DNA of 64,000 nucleotides, taken from NCBI GenBank assembly GCA_009914755.4, contig CP068257.2, positions 2,976,001 to 3,040,000 on the forward strand, read 5' to 3'. Below, one piece after another: positions 27,173 to 40,455 of this stretch. Origin of the DNA: the human T2T-CHM13v2.0 reference genome, Homo sapiens. Each line of letters begins with the position of its first letter. Position 1 is the first letter of the stretch. Under the pieces are notes generated by a model that worked only from the letters and a program-made list of their open reading frames with translations, had not been told where the DNA came from and ran no database searches. A program made the position numbers and the translations under genes.

Positions 27173-28982
27173 GTATTAACTTTCACACGCTGTTTGTAGT
27201 CAAGTATATTTTCTCAGTTTCAGATCCTCTGGTATTTTATTTAATGGGAAGTCTTGCACTAAAAGGGTTCAAGAAAAATAATATTGCATTTTCTTATGTC
27301 ACAGGAAACACTTTTAATGGTAACTTGTCAGATTGTCTATGAACAAACCCACTTTTTAAGACATTGATAAAGTCTTCTTTTCTTCACGTTGTGTTTTATA
27401 CAAGAACACTTCAGCTGTATTGGATGTGACTGATTTTAACAAATTATATTAGATTTGCATCAATTAGTTACATGTTCTATTCATAGTCTTTTGTGAATAT
27501 TGTCTTTTTGTTTAAAAAGATGGCCTGTTTTGATCCTTTGATTAGGGACATTCCCGTTTTTGTAAGAAAAGAGAAATTTTTAAAACTGTCCCAAACAGAA
27601 AAATAATGGCTATCAGAAGTACGTTTTGTTTTAGTGTAGTGCGAATTACCATTACTGTAGTTGTTTATTGTAAAGATGGACATTTAGCATTCAGTGCAGT
27701 TTTAAATAAAATGTGATTAGAAAAAACTGCTTAATGAACAAAAACAGAACATAGACAACAAAAGAATATTAGAAGAAGTAATACATAAAGAAAATGAGAT
27801 ATCAATAAAAAGATTTTTAAAAACCAACAATTGTGAATCTGAAGAACATAATAGCTATATTAAAAATTTAATCAACAGTCACAAAAGCAGACTAATAAAG
27901 GAGAAAAAATTACACAATTGATGACATTGTAGTTATAAATATTGAGTGATGAAAACAAATTTTTTAAGAAGAATGGAGGAAAAAGTATGGGACGTACTGC
28001 ACATCGTCAAGTGGACCATTATATTTATGAAAGGAGTCTTACAAAAACAATATAGGAGAAAAGTAATAAAGAGATTATTTTTAAAAAGTAGCTGAGAAAT
28101 CCCCACATGACAAGATAATTAAACAAGAAGAAATACTTCCAAACAAAAACCTTCAACTGGAGTAATATCACTTCAGAAATAAAAAAACTAAACCTTTCCA
28201 AAATAAATAAAAGTTGATTGTGTTACTAACCACTAGAAGAGTCCTAAAGGAAGTGTAAAAGAGTCTATCACGTCCAAAAATGAAATGATGCTGCAGAGCA
28301 TCATAGCAGCACATGAAAATAGAAAACTCTCTATTAAAGGTAAATATATAAACAGGTAAAGAAATCTCTACTGTCATAATCATGGTGCACAAAACTTTCA
28401 AAATATTGCCATGGAGTTTAAAACATGAAGCAGAAATCTGCATAAATTTGTGATCATAGACCATAAGGAAAGATAATATGTGATATTAATAAAACAGTGG
28501 GAGTGTGAAGAGGTACAACTTTGCATTCAGTTGAAATATGGTTGTTCTATACTGTCATAACTTTAAGATGATTTATGAAGTCTTTATTTCTCAGGATGAT
28601 TACCAAAAAAACCTGTAGAATGTATGCAAAGGCAAATGAGAAAGAAATTCAATCACGTCACTACAAAATCAACAAACAGAAATAAAGCAGTAAGAGAAAA
28701 AATGATAAATAACACATCTACAAGAAACACAGAAGACAATTACAAATAATAAAGTAACTTCATTAAATGCAGTAATGACTTCAAATATAAAAAGTTAAAT
28801 ACCTTAAAGAAAATTAATAAATAATTTAATGGATTAAGAACAAAGAAGATCCAGCAATGTGCTCTCTACAAGAGTCATTCCAGCTCTAAGGACTCAAATA
28901 AGTTGAAAGTAACAGTATAAAGAAAATATATTTTATGCAAAGAGTAGCTAAAATTGGAGGGCCATGGTCATAATTATACTAA

Positions 28983-29335
<353 letters not shown>

Positions 29336-29506
29336 GAGAGAGATTGGTATTATGTAATGGTGAGATGGATTAACTTTCCAGGAATCTATAACAATAATTT
29401 ATAAATCATATATATATAATTTGAAAAATCTGCAAAAATATACCATTGAGATTTTGACAAAAATTACATTAAATTTTTGTATTACTATAAATAGCACTGA
29501 CATCTT

Positions 29507-29625
29507 TCTTTCTTTTTTTTTTTTTTAGAGACAGAGTTTCTTTCTCTCAGGCTGGAGGGCAGTGGCACGATCTCTCGATAGGCTCACTTCAACCTCCTCC
29601 TCCCAGGTTCAACTGATTCTCGTCT
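29507..29625 (-). mobile_element. Truncated Alu fragment (minus).
   Basis: poly-T followed by agagacagagtttctttctctcaggctggagggcagtggcacgatctc..ggctcacttcaacctcctcctcccaggttcaactgattctc. Confidence 0.85.
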
Positions 29626-30021
29626 TTCAAAATATGTAAAACAAATATTGACAGAAGTCAAGCAAGAAATACATAGCAACACAACAACGGTGGACTTCAA
29701 GACTCCACTTCAGTAATGACTAGAATAGTCAGAAGTAATATCAGTAAGAAAGCCAAACCTGAACATTATAGACCCAACCAGCATTTACAGAACTCTCCAA
29801 TTTAAAGGAGCAAAATCTGCAATATTCTAAATCACACATGGTACATTCTGTTAGGATACATGTCTTATTAAACTTAAGAAAACCGAAGCCATACAATGTA
29901 AATGAAACTAGAATTCAAAAGCAAGAAAATGTGGCAAATATGTAAATAAGAGGAAATTAAGCAAAATCTTTCATATAGTCTTGCTCAAGTGTCAGGTGAT
30001 TTAATATTGTTAAGATGTCAG

Positions 30022-30318
30022 GGCCGGCATGAGGCTCATGCCTGTAATCCTAGGACTTTGGGAGGCCAAAGTGGGTGGATCACCTGAGATCAGAAGTTTG
30101 AGACTAGCCTAGTGAATATGGCAAAACCCTATCTCTACTAAAAATACAAAAGTTAGCTAGACATGATGGTGCACGACTGCAATCCCAGCTACTCTGGTGG
30201 CTGAGACTGGAGAATTGCTTGAACCTGGGAAGCGGAGACTGCAGTGAGCACATCTCGCACCCCTGCCCTTCAGCCTGAGTGACTCACTAAAACTCCATCT
30301 CCAAAAAAAAAAAAAAAA
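30022..30318 (+). mobile_element. Alu (plus) with a poly(A) tail.
   Basis: ggccggcatgaggctcatgcctgtaatcctaggactttgggaggccaaagtgggtggatcacctgagatcagaagtttgagac...ccatctccaaaaaaaaaaaaaaaa. Confidence 0.95.
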
Positions 30319-30978
30319 TGTTGCCAGTACTACTCATGATGATATAAAAATGTAAGGTAATTTTTGTCAAAATCCCAATGGTATTTTTTTTGCAGAATTT
30401 TTGTGTATAATTCTAAACGTTGCTTAGGAAAGGTGACTAGCCAAACACCCTTTAAAAAGAACAAAGAGGTATTACATTTTCTGATTCAAAATCATGATAC
30501 AAAGCTACAAAAATAAAAACAATATGGTATTGCCACAAAAACAGATACATAGATGACGAAACAGAACAGAGATCCCAGAAATAAACCCTTGCATATGTGA
30601 TAAAATAATCTTCCATAAGCTTTCCATGACCACACAATAGAAAAATAAGAATCTATTTAACAAAGAATTTTCCAAATTGAATATTTACAGAGAAAAAAAT
30701 AAAATTGGATGCTTCCTTTGTATCATATATAAAAAGAAAAATTTTTTAAATGAATTCAATACTTAAACATAAAACCTAATAAAATTCTTAGAAGTAAACA
30801 TAAGGGAAAAGTTTATGACATAAGTCTTAAAACTCTTTCCTTAAGTTTGACATCAAATTCATAAGCAACAAGGAAAAGAACAACGACCAAAAAAAGGGAC
30901 TACATTAAGCTTCAACTATTCTACACATCAAATAAAACATTTAGTGCCATACAAACGTCACCTAATAAGTGGGTGAAA

Positions 30979-31100
30979 GCTAGGCATGGTGTCTCATGCC
31001 TTTAATTCTACAACTTTAGGAGGCCAAGGCAGAACAATCACTTGAGGCCAAAAGTTTGAGACTAGCCATGAAAACATAGCAAGACCCTGTCTTGTATAGG
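30979..31100 (+). mobile_element. Alu-monomer-like fragment (FLAM/FRAM-like).
   Basis: ctaggcatggtgtctcatgcctttaattctacaactttaggaggccaaggcagaacaatcacttgaggccaaaagtttgagactagcc...caagaccctgtct. Confidence 0.75.
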
Positions 31101-33278
31101 GTTATATATATGCATACATACATACATAAAACAAAAAAGAGTAAAAATATTTTCTAATCACATATTTGGTAGGTGTTAATTTTCAAAATATATAAATTCC
31201 TAAAACTCAACAACAAAAAAAGTTAATAACTTGATTTAGAATGGCACATGTTTGAAATGACTTTCTCCAAAGAAGACATAGAAATGACTAGGCATTTAAA
31301 AGGATACTCGACAACTCTCTTCTAGAAAAATACAAAGAAAAGTCACAATAATCTATCACATCAAACCTATTTTTAAAATAGTATGAAAGCTCTTCAAAAA
31401 ATTTAAAATGAGATTATTTTACAATCCAGCAAACCCCATTCTGGCTATGTATTTAAAATATACAACACATGATCCGGAAGAGATATTTGCACACCCAAAT
31501 TTATTGCAGCATTACTAACACAAGCCAAAAGGCAGAAACAACCCAGCTGTCCCTTGACCAATGAAGAGATTAATAACAAGTGGCACATACACAAAGTCGA
31601 ATATTATTCAGTCTTTAAAAAGTCACATTATATGATTATTCTTGAGAATATCACGTTAACTGAAATAAGCCAGGAACAAAGTGACAGTCTATGATTCCAT
31701 TCATAATCAGGTATCTTAAGTAGACAAACTCATAGGAAAAAAATAGTTAGAATGGTGTTTGTCAAGGACTGAAGAGATGGTAAAATAGGCAATTGTCTTA
31801 AAAGACATTTAATGTTAGTTTTGCAAGACATAGAAGTTCTACAGATCTTTTGCATAACTATGTGAATGTACTTAACGCTAATGAAATATACACTTAAAAA
31901 GAATTAAAATGGTAAATTTTACATTATGTGTTTTTACCACAATCGCAGTTTTTAAAAGGAAAAATATGGACTTATAAAGCTTTCCAAAAATTAAATTTTG
32001 TTCACAAAAGATTTTCTCTCACACAAAGGAAGTATAGATTTATAATTAAACTCATTGTGAAATTAAGATTATTTCAATGACTATTCATCCTCACAAGATA
32101 AGACAACCACTGAAAATCAGCCAAAAAATATGGAAGATAAGCCAGGAGCAAAGTTGGGGACATATTTATAGAGACAAACACATATATAATTTAATTTTGA
32201 AAACGTATGACCGATTTATATTTTAATTAAACCCAACATTAGTTTCCTGAGTGAAATTTGGTTTTCAGTTTGGGCAAATGAAGACCTTTCTGTGGTTAAA
32301 AGGATTCTTTCTTCTCCGTTTCTTCATATGGACCTGTGCTGGGGATTGGTCAGCTGTTCAAGTGCAATGCACTCAGTTTTGGTTCTGTGCCAGGATTAAA
32401 CCTACGATATTTCACATTTCATATATAAACCCCGATGAAGTGTTTCTAGGAGATGGCTACCTCATAACCTATATTTTGCCAAATGTTTACTATGAATTTC
32501 ACCACCATCCTCTTGAAGGTGGTATTGTAACTAAAACTCTTCAGGACATTCTACTTAAAACTAAAATCACGTATATCTCAAGAAACTCCTTTCTGATTTG
32601 AAATGCCTCTGTCATGTATTGTCTGCAATCAGCATCCTCTTTCAAAGAAAGTAGAAAAGACACATGAGGAAACTGATAGTGTTACTGCATGGGAGACAGA
32701 GGTGAGGATACACATGGCGGATGAAAACATGGAAGTTATTTCTACAGCACGATCTTGTAAGTGTCTGACTGCTATGCTCCCTTGTATATCAAATGATGTA
32801 CCTTTATTGCAAGAGAAGAGAGTCCGCTGTTTACCTTGACATTGAGAGGCAATTTTGAATCTCTGTCGTGATTGCTTAGGACTGAGGATTTAATGTGCTA
32901 TTTTGTGGAAATCTTAGAAGCAGTAATGGGATTTAATGATCTTAACTATCATCCATCTGAAAAATCTAACGCGATTTTAAATAAAATGGCCGGCTGCTTC
33001 CACCGTTCCCTTTTTAAACCAGGAGCTGCCGTTGCTTTTAACATTATGAAGTTGAATCTATGAATAGTTTGTACTATTAACATTTTTTTAAAAATCCACA
33101 TTGACTTGAAGTGTACAGGCAGAGTTGAAAATCATAACATCCAAAGTTACAATACATAAGTAAAACCCAAAATAAAATCAACTGCTGCCCTGGAACCTAT
33201 TATAAATAATCGAGACAGTAATATGGAATTGTAAAGAAAAATAAGAAACATATTTACTCATAAAATCTTGCAAGCAAA

Positions 33279-33445
33279 GTTTTTTTCTTTTTTTGAGACA
33301 GAGTCTCACTCTGTCACCCAAGCTGAAGTGCAGTGGCGAGACGACGGCTCGTTTCAACCTCCGCCTCCTGAGTTCAAACCATTCTCCTGCCCCAGCCTTC
33401 ACTGAGATTACAAGCACCTGCTACCAGACCAGGCTACCTTGCATA
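33279..33445 (-). mobile_element. Partial Alu (minus).
   Basis: ttttttgagacagagtctcactctgtcacccaagctgaagtgcagtggcgagacgacggctcgtttcaacctccgcctcctgagttcaaaccattctcctgcc.... Confidence 0.9.
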
Positions 33446-33701
33446 TAAACTTGATATATCATTTATGAAAATACTTTTTAGATAACTAAAATATTCTACT
33501 GTGACTGTGCATTCATGAAGTTCGGGTATCTTGAATCATTGGCATGCAGTGTGTGACAGTAAAATTTCACAGAAAATATACTATAACCATTAATAAAAGG
33601 CTCTAATAAGAGAATTTTAATGCATAAGAATTGAAAAGACACCATAAATAATTTCCGTCGTATTTTTAATACACTGATGTTATTCTTACACAAAGTAAAA
33701 A

Positions 33702-33985
33702 GGCTGGGTAAGTTGTGGTGGCTCACACCTGTAATTCCAGCAATTTGGGAGGCCGAGGTAGCAGATTGCTTAAGCACAAGAGTTCACAACATGCCTGGGC
33801 AGGATAGGGAGACCCTGTCTCTGCAAATAATAATAAACAGCCAAGTGTGTTAATACACATTTGTGGTCCCATCTGCTCAGGAGGCTGAGGCAGGAGAATT
33901 GCCTGAGCCTGAGTGGTCAAGGCTAGAGTGAGCTGTGATTATGCATTGCATTCCAGCCCAGGTGACACAGTGAGACCCTGTTTAA
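33702..33985 (+). mobile_element. Alu (plus, older AluJ/S-like).
   Basis: ggctgggtaagttgtggtggctcacacctgtaattccagcaatttgggaggccgaggtagcagattgcttaagc...cattccagcccaggtgacacagtgagaccctgtttaaag. Confidence 0.92.
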
Positions 33986-34011
33986 AGAAAAAAACAAACA
34001 AAAACTAAAAA

Positions 34012-34160
34012 TTAACCAGGAGTAGTGGCATGCACCTGTACTCCCAGCTACTTCAGAAGCTGAAGTTAGAAAATCCTTTGAGCCTGAGAGTTTGAGTCTG
34101 CAGTGAGCCATAATTGAGCTACTGAACTCCAGTCTGTGTGACAGAGCAAGGCCTTGTCAT
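34012..34160 (+). mobile_element. Partial Alu (right-arm portion, plus).
   Basis: aaccaggagtagtggcatgcacctgtactcccagctacttcagaagctgaagttagaaaatcctttgagcctgagagtttgagtctgcagtgagccataattgagctactgaactccagtctgtgtgacagagcaaggcc. Confidence 0.85.
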
Positions 34161-34226
34161 AGATAGATAGATGATAGATGATAGATAGATAGATAGATAG
34201 ATAGATACATAGATAGATAAATAGAT
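34160..34226 (+). repeat. (GATA)n / (TAGA)n microsatellite.
   Basis: atagatagatagatgatagatgatagatagatagatagatagatagatacatagatagataaatagatgg. Confidence 0.95.
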
Positions 34227-34318
34227 GGAATACACCTGGAGAAAGAGTAAATTTTAATGTAGTGTGATGTAATTTTTAAAATAAACTTTATGTGTATCAC
34301 TTAGAAATTTATAGAACA

Positions 34319-35009
<691 letters not shown>

Positions 35010-35014
35010 AACCA

Positions 35015-35325
<311 letters not shown>

Positions 35326-35894
35326 CAAGACTTTTACTTTATAAAGATATTTATGATGTTTTCTTTTCTTTTTACAGTATGTATTGCATTTATAATTGGA
35401 GATACAAAAAAAGGTGACTGTTACTGTTTGACAGCAAGGCAGTAGTATTATCTTCATCAATATTTGCAACTTCATTCACAGGAACCTGTAAGAGAAAGCC
35501 CAGACAAAACTTTAAGGCAAAGAAGTTACACTTGTAAAAAATGAGAGGACTATTTTTTTATAATAACAAATATTCCAGGTGAGGACTGGTCAGGATCTAC
35601 CACTGCTCCATCTCACTTGATAAGTCTCATGCCTGCCAGGGTAAGAAGGAGCAGAGAGAAGGACAAATGCCAGTGAGTTTCCTCTCCCACTAAGGATCTG
35701 TTTGTCAAGTTTCCTACCATCAAGTGGAAGATGTACTAAAAATAAAATGTACCCTTGCAGATGCTAGCAGAGAGGCACAAAATAGAAAAGGAGGTAAGCC
35801 CACACATTGTGGAGAAAGAGATCCAACTTAAGATTCAAAATGCACCAGAAAGCTGTGTAAAGTTAATAAAATTACTCAAAATCTTGGAACATTT

Positions 35895-36010
35895 GTTTCC
35901 TCACCTGTAAAATGGGGATCATGTGCCTACTTCACAAGTTGTTTTGACAGTTAAATTCACAGAGATATTTAATAGAGCCTGCTATGGCAAGTGTTCACAT
36001 TAACAAAGTA
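35895..36010 (+). mobile_element. MIR (mammalian-wide interspersed repeat) core fragment.
   Basis: cctcacctgtaaaatggggatcatgtgcctacttcacaagttgttttgacagttaaattcacagagatatttaatagagcctgctatggcaagtgttcacat resembles the MIR core ..ctcacctgtaaaatggggataataatacctacctcacagggttgttgtgaggattaaatgag..gtgcctggcacatagtaagcgctcaataaat. Confidence 0.6.
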
Positions 36011-37465
36011 GTATCAAACTTCAAAATATGGGAAAGGTATTTTGAATAATGTCTATGAGGCCAAGGACAACATGCCCAGCTTCATAATCAATCCCAGCCA
36101 CATTACACTGAGGAGATCTACAGGGCAACTATATTTCTTCAACAAATTCCATTAGAGAGGAAGAGTGTGTAGTCTGAAAACATGACACAAATGTGACCAG
36201 TGTACAGTGACTTAGGTAGTCGGGGGTGGAGTCCCTACATATTCTCTGAATTGCAGTTACACAGTGAGTTCCCAGGAAACAAATGGAATAGAAAAGGTGA
36301 CACAAAATATACTACCATAAATGGGGTGAGCATAGCAGGTTCACAACCACAAATGTAAGCAGGAGACTCAAATCACCAGGAGCACCTAGATCTGTGAACA
36401 GCAGCTTGTGGTGGCATCAGGTTCAACTTTCTGAGACCACCGGTGTGGGCAGTGTCTTTGCAGGCACATACTCGGCAGCAGTGTATCTGAAGACAGATCT
36501 CAAGGCTCTTCTCTTCATTAATTATTAAGATGATAGATGATGGATACCCTCACGTTACAACATCCCCACTAACGCTGTGGACAAGTGAATTCAGAAACCC
36601 CCACCTAAATACACAGTGAAGAGTAGGATGAGAATACTGCAGGATAGGTTAGGAATGCAGGCATTCGACCCCATAGAGTCTATTTAAAATAAGAGAAGGG
36701 CCCTAGTATTGTGCTGTGGTCCTCCTATATATAGTTCTTTATTTTTCCAATTTCATAAAGGCCATACAGTTTTTCTTCCTTTCTTCACAAATGTGCTGAT
36801 GAACCCATGAGTAATTCATCCTGAAGGGGTTAATTCCTCATAAAGTACAGTAACGTGATTCAATTGCTATGATGAGGTTTTTCAGGATTTTTTTATAGTG
36901 TCCCATACTCACCGATCACAAGTGAAAATTATAAGAACATGTAATTTGAACAAAGTATTCTTTTCACATAGAGAAATACACAGGTTTGTACAGATTAGAT
37001 GCATCATCAAAGTTGGTAACATCTGGGAACAAAAGGAACTATCCTGAGGACATAAGGAACTTAGGAACGTCGATTATTAAGAGGCTACCTGCAAGTGGAA
37101 CTTCTGGGTTTTCATTGTCTAGACAGAAAAATTTAACTGATAAGCCCCAGTATATTAAGGTACATCCCCAACGGCTGTGGGGGATCAACTTTCCATCCAA
37201 AGCAGAGATGTAAAACATGAATGACTTCAAATGCGGCTCAAGTGCTCTGCACCTTGAAAGTCATCCCCACAAAGCTGGAGCACCACCTGTTCCTGAGGGA
37301 TGAGGTCACCAACTGCTTTTTTGAGACACTCGTCAGTCAGGACTCAGTTGAGATGAGGCTGGTGATTTCAACTGTAAAATATCTAAACCATCGTCTTTAG
37401 GTAGATTCTTATGCCTGGGAATTGTGGTTTTCTCCTCTGCTGTTAGCAGATCCTGAGTAACCCAA

Positions 37466-39165
37466 GAAATACCCGCTCTCACCCGTCAAGTTCTATATCA
37501 CAAGAAAGGCGCTGCAGACGGTGACATTTTCACGAAGGAGCCACAGCCCGCATCACCCCCTGAAAGCTCTGAAGTTGCGCACGGGTGGGTCACGCAGCAG
37601 GTGGATGTCTCAGTTCCCATAGAGTTTAGCAGAGCAGGCGGCTCCCTGGGCTGGAAGAGGTGCGATGCTCTGGAAACCCCCCGCGGGTGTGTATGTGAGA
37701 GGACACCGAGATGTTCAGCGGGCTGTTCAGTGAGGACCAGACCCCTCCGATTTGAGCAAGGGAGGTGCACTTCGCAGGGTCACACCGTCCTCATCGCCCA
37801 GCCTAGACCTGCCCCTCAAGTCCTTCTGCGGACTCCCTTGGCGAGGGGGTGGCACAGAATCAGCATGTGGCATCGCTTAGGAAAGGACGAGGTCCACACC
37901 GCCCTGTCCCTCCCTCCAGGGCTGCGCACCACGGGGGAGGACAGACAGCGCATGCTGGTTTTGTAGTTAGCAGGTCGGCGACCAATGGGCTGGAAACCGT
38001 TAAGACACCAAAACTCCCAGCACTCCTAGCTAGGGACGCGCCTCCCTATCCTTCGTTTCCATACTACACACCGCCCCCAAACCCAGCGCATGCTGAGATT
38101 GTAGTCCGTTAGCCTCGCGACCAATGGGCTGGAAATACTGAAAGGACTATGACTCCCAGGATGCCTTGCGAGGTACCCGCCGTCCCGATCCTTCCTCTAG
38201 GGCTGCGCACCGCCCCCAAGCCCAACGCATGCTGGGATTGTAGTCAGGTAATCCTGGGACCAACTGACTGGAAACTGTTAAGAGACCATAACTCCCAGCA
38301 CGCCTGGCTAAGGACGCACCTCCCTATCCTTCCCTTCAGTGCTACACACCGCCTCGAAGCCCGGTGGCTGCTGGGATTTTAGTCTGCAGGCCGGGGGCCA
38401 TCGCTGGAAACCATTAAGAGACCATAACTCCCAGCATCCCTGGCCAGGGACGCGCCTCTCTATCCTTCCCTCCAGCGTTACACACCGCCCCAATCCCGGT
38501 GCATGCTGGCATTGTAGTTCGGTAGCCTTGCGATCAACGTGCTGGAAACTGTTTAAGGACTATGACTCCCAGGACGCCTTGCGAGGGACCCACCCTGTTG
38601 ACCCTTCCTCCAGGGCTGGGAACCTCCCTTAAGCCCAGCGCATGCTGGGATCATAGTCCGACTGCCGCGACAGAAAGGCTGGGAGTGGATCTGAGACTAC
38701 AGTTCCAACACTACGGGGAAAATTTCATCTTCTCTGAGACTACAGTTCCAACACTGAGGGGATAATTTCATCTTCTCCTCCGCCCCTCCATGTTTCCAGT
38801 GCAATTCCGCCCTGCTGAGGGGAGCCTATCTGTTCCCAAACTTCTGCGTGCGAGGAGACAGCGTGGCCAGGGCAGGTGGTCTCACTTGTAATTGTGACAC
38901 AGTCTCCCCACGTGCCACTTGTACGACTATTTGTCCCTGAAGTTTGATTTCTCTCTGACAAGACAGAGCCCGGGAGCCTCCAACAGCCTGCCCAGCGTTG
39001 CCGTAAAGCTTGCTCTCGGGGACCTGGGCGCGCCCAGACCTTTGCAGGGCCCCTCCCTCAGCCCCGACCCTTCTCCTCGCCCCTCCCCTGCCACGCCCCT
39101 TTCGACATGCTGGAAAGTCATCTACCTTTAATAACAGTCATCTTTGCAAAAAAAAAAAAAAAACT
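37466..39165 (+). other. GC-rich ~1.7-kb module containing the 138-bp tandem repeat and ending in AATAAC plus (A)16. Possible retroposed transcript or composite element of unknown family.
   Basis: Sharp composition boundaries. The 3' end reads ..ggaaagtcatctacctttaataacagtcatctttgcaaaaaaaaaaaaaaaa. Putative diverged flanking direct repeats are tcctgagtaaccc (37452-37464) and ctctgagaataacc (39166-39179). Confidence 0.35.
37850..38700 (+). repeat. GC/CpG-rich tandem repeat with a ~138-bp period (about 5.5 units). Every unit contains CCAAT, GC-box and two ZNF143/SBS-like motifs.
   Basis: Unit starts (gaccaatgggctggaaac.. and variants) fall at about 37981, 38120, 38259, 38397, 38533 and 38665. 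Each unit carries ..ac(t/c)at(a/g)actcccagga(t/c)gccttgcgagg.. on the plus strand and ..gcgcatgctgggattgtagtc.. (reverse complement gactacaatcccagcatgcgc) on the minus strand. Confidence 0.9.
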
Positions 39166-40171
39166 CTGAGAATAACCTATCTCCCATTCTATTTAGTATT
39201 TATTTCCATAGTATCCATAAATAGTAGCAATTAGATATCACAGCAAGTCAAGCAAAAGCCCTGCTTTGCCTGTTTCATAAACCACGATATGGCCTTGCTG
39301 TGGTTTTATTTGTATTTTGTTTTGTATTTATTGACCTTTTGGATATAAATATTTAGGTATTTGGACAGTTTTTGGAAGTATTCCGCTATTAGTTGTTGAT
39401 TTACTTTTGTTCCCTATTTAATATTTTTTGTCTCTCCCTTCTCCTTAGACTCAGTCATTCCACAGGTCTCGAGAGCTCTGTTCATTTCCTTTAAACTTTT
39501 TGTACTTTTTTTTTTCCAGACTGGATAATTTCTATTGCTGTGTCTTCTGTTTTAAATCTATGGCTAAACTCAAAAGATTTTTTTCATTTCCTTATCTATA
39601 ATTTTTTTATATATATGTTCATTTCTCTGCTGAAGTTCCACATCTGTTTGTTTATGAATAGAATATTTTCTTTTTTCCCCATGAACATATTCATAAAAAC
39701 TGCCTTCAAATTCTTGTCTGCTGATTGCAACATCCTGGGATAGCTTCTACTGCCTGCTTTTGATATTGTGTATGGATGACATTTTCACGTTTCTTTACAA
39801 GTCTTATGAATTTTAAAATTGTGCACTAGAAACTATAAATGATAATTATAGAATAGAAACTCTGGATTTTGTTGTTTTACCTTGAAGACTTTTGTTTTAT
39901 AAACAGGGTTCATTGGGCTAGTGTCAAACCAATGCTTGTGTCCGCTACAGTGGGTATAGCTGAAATCTTCATTCAGTTGTTAAACACACATATCATATAT
40001 GTATTATGCATAGGCGTTTTTCTATAATAATATATTTTATTCAAGTTTCATCATTGTTATTTGTGAGAGTTCAACAAGCTAGTCCACACTTAGTGGAAGT
40101 CAGAACCTCAGTTTTATTTGATTGTAGCATTTTATATAAAAAAATTATATAGTATGTATACTTGTACATCT

Positions 40172-40284
40172 GTTTTCTTTATTTCTTTTTCTGTTTTCTT
40201 TCTTTCTTTCCTTTTCTGTCTTCTTTCTTTCTCTCTTTCTTTCCTTCTTTCTTTCTCTCTTCTTTTTTCTTTCTTTCTTTTCCC
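40172..40284 (+). repeat. (TTTC)n/(CTTT)n-rich low-complexity tract. It is the poly(A)-derived tail, seen on the opposite strand, of the adjacent minus-strand Alu.
   Basis: ttctttatttctttttctgttttctttctttctttccttttctgtcttctttctttctctc.... Confidence 0.9.
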
Positions 40285-40455
40285 CAGGTTGGTGTGCAGT
40301 GGCATGATCTCACTGCAACCTCTGCCTACCAGGCTTAAGATATCCTTCCACTTCAGCCTTTTGAGTCACTGGGACCGCAGCCTTGCACCACCATGCCCGG
40401 CTAATTGTTTTGTATTTTCGGTAGAGACAGGGTTTCACCATGTTGCCCAAACTGG
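40284..40455 (-). mobile_element. Partial Alu (minus).
   Basis: ccaggttggtgtgcagtggcatgatctcactgcaacctctgcctaccaggcttaag..cagccttgcaccaccatgcccggctaattgttttgtattttcggtagagacagggtttcaccatgttgcccaaactgg. Confidence 0.9.

Noticed and set aside
37600-38632. I considered calling the 138-bp GC-rich tandem repeat an LTR12/ERV9 U3 repeat, because it contains CCAAT, GATA-like (tatc) and GC-box motifs.
   Set aside because: A genuine LTR12 is present at 61047-62310 and has a clearly different sequence and ~40-bp units. The 138-bp repeat shows no similarity to it, and its dominant motif is ZNF143/SBS-like. I kept it as a separate, unclassified repeat.
39170-40170. Possible antisense L1 fragment suggested by the ORF MSSVLNLWLNSKDFFHFLIYNFFIYMF.. 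and AT-rich composition.
   Set aside because: Similarity to L1 antisense sequence was too weak to support by eye, so I left it unannotated.
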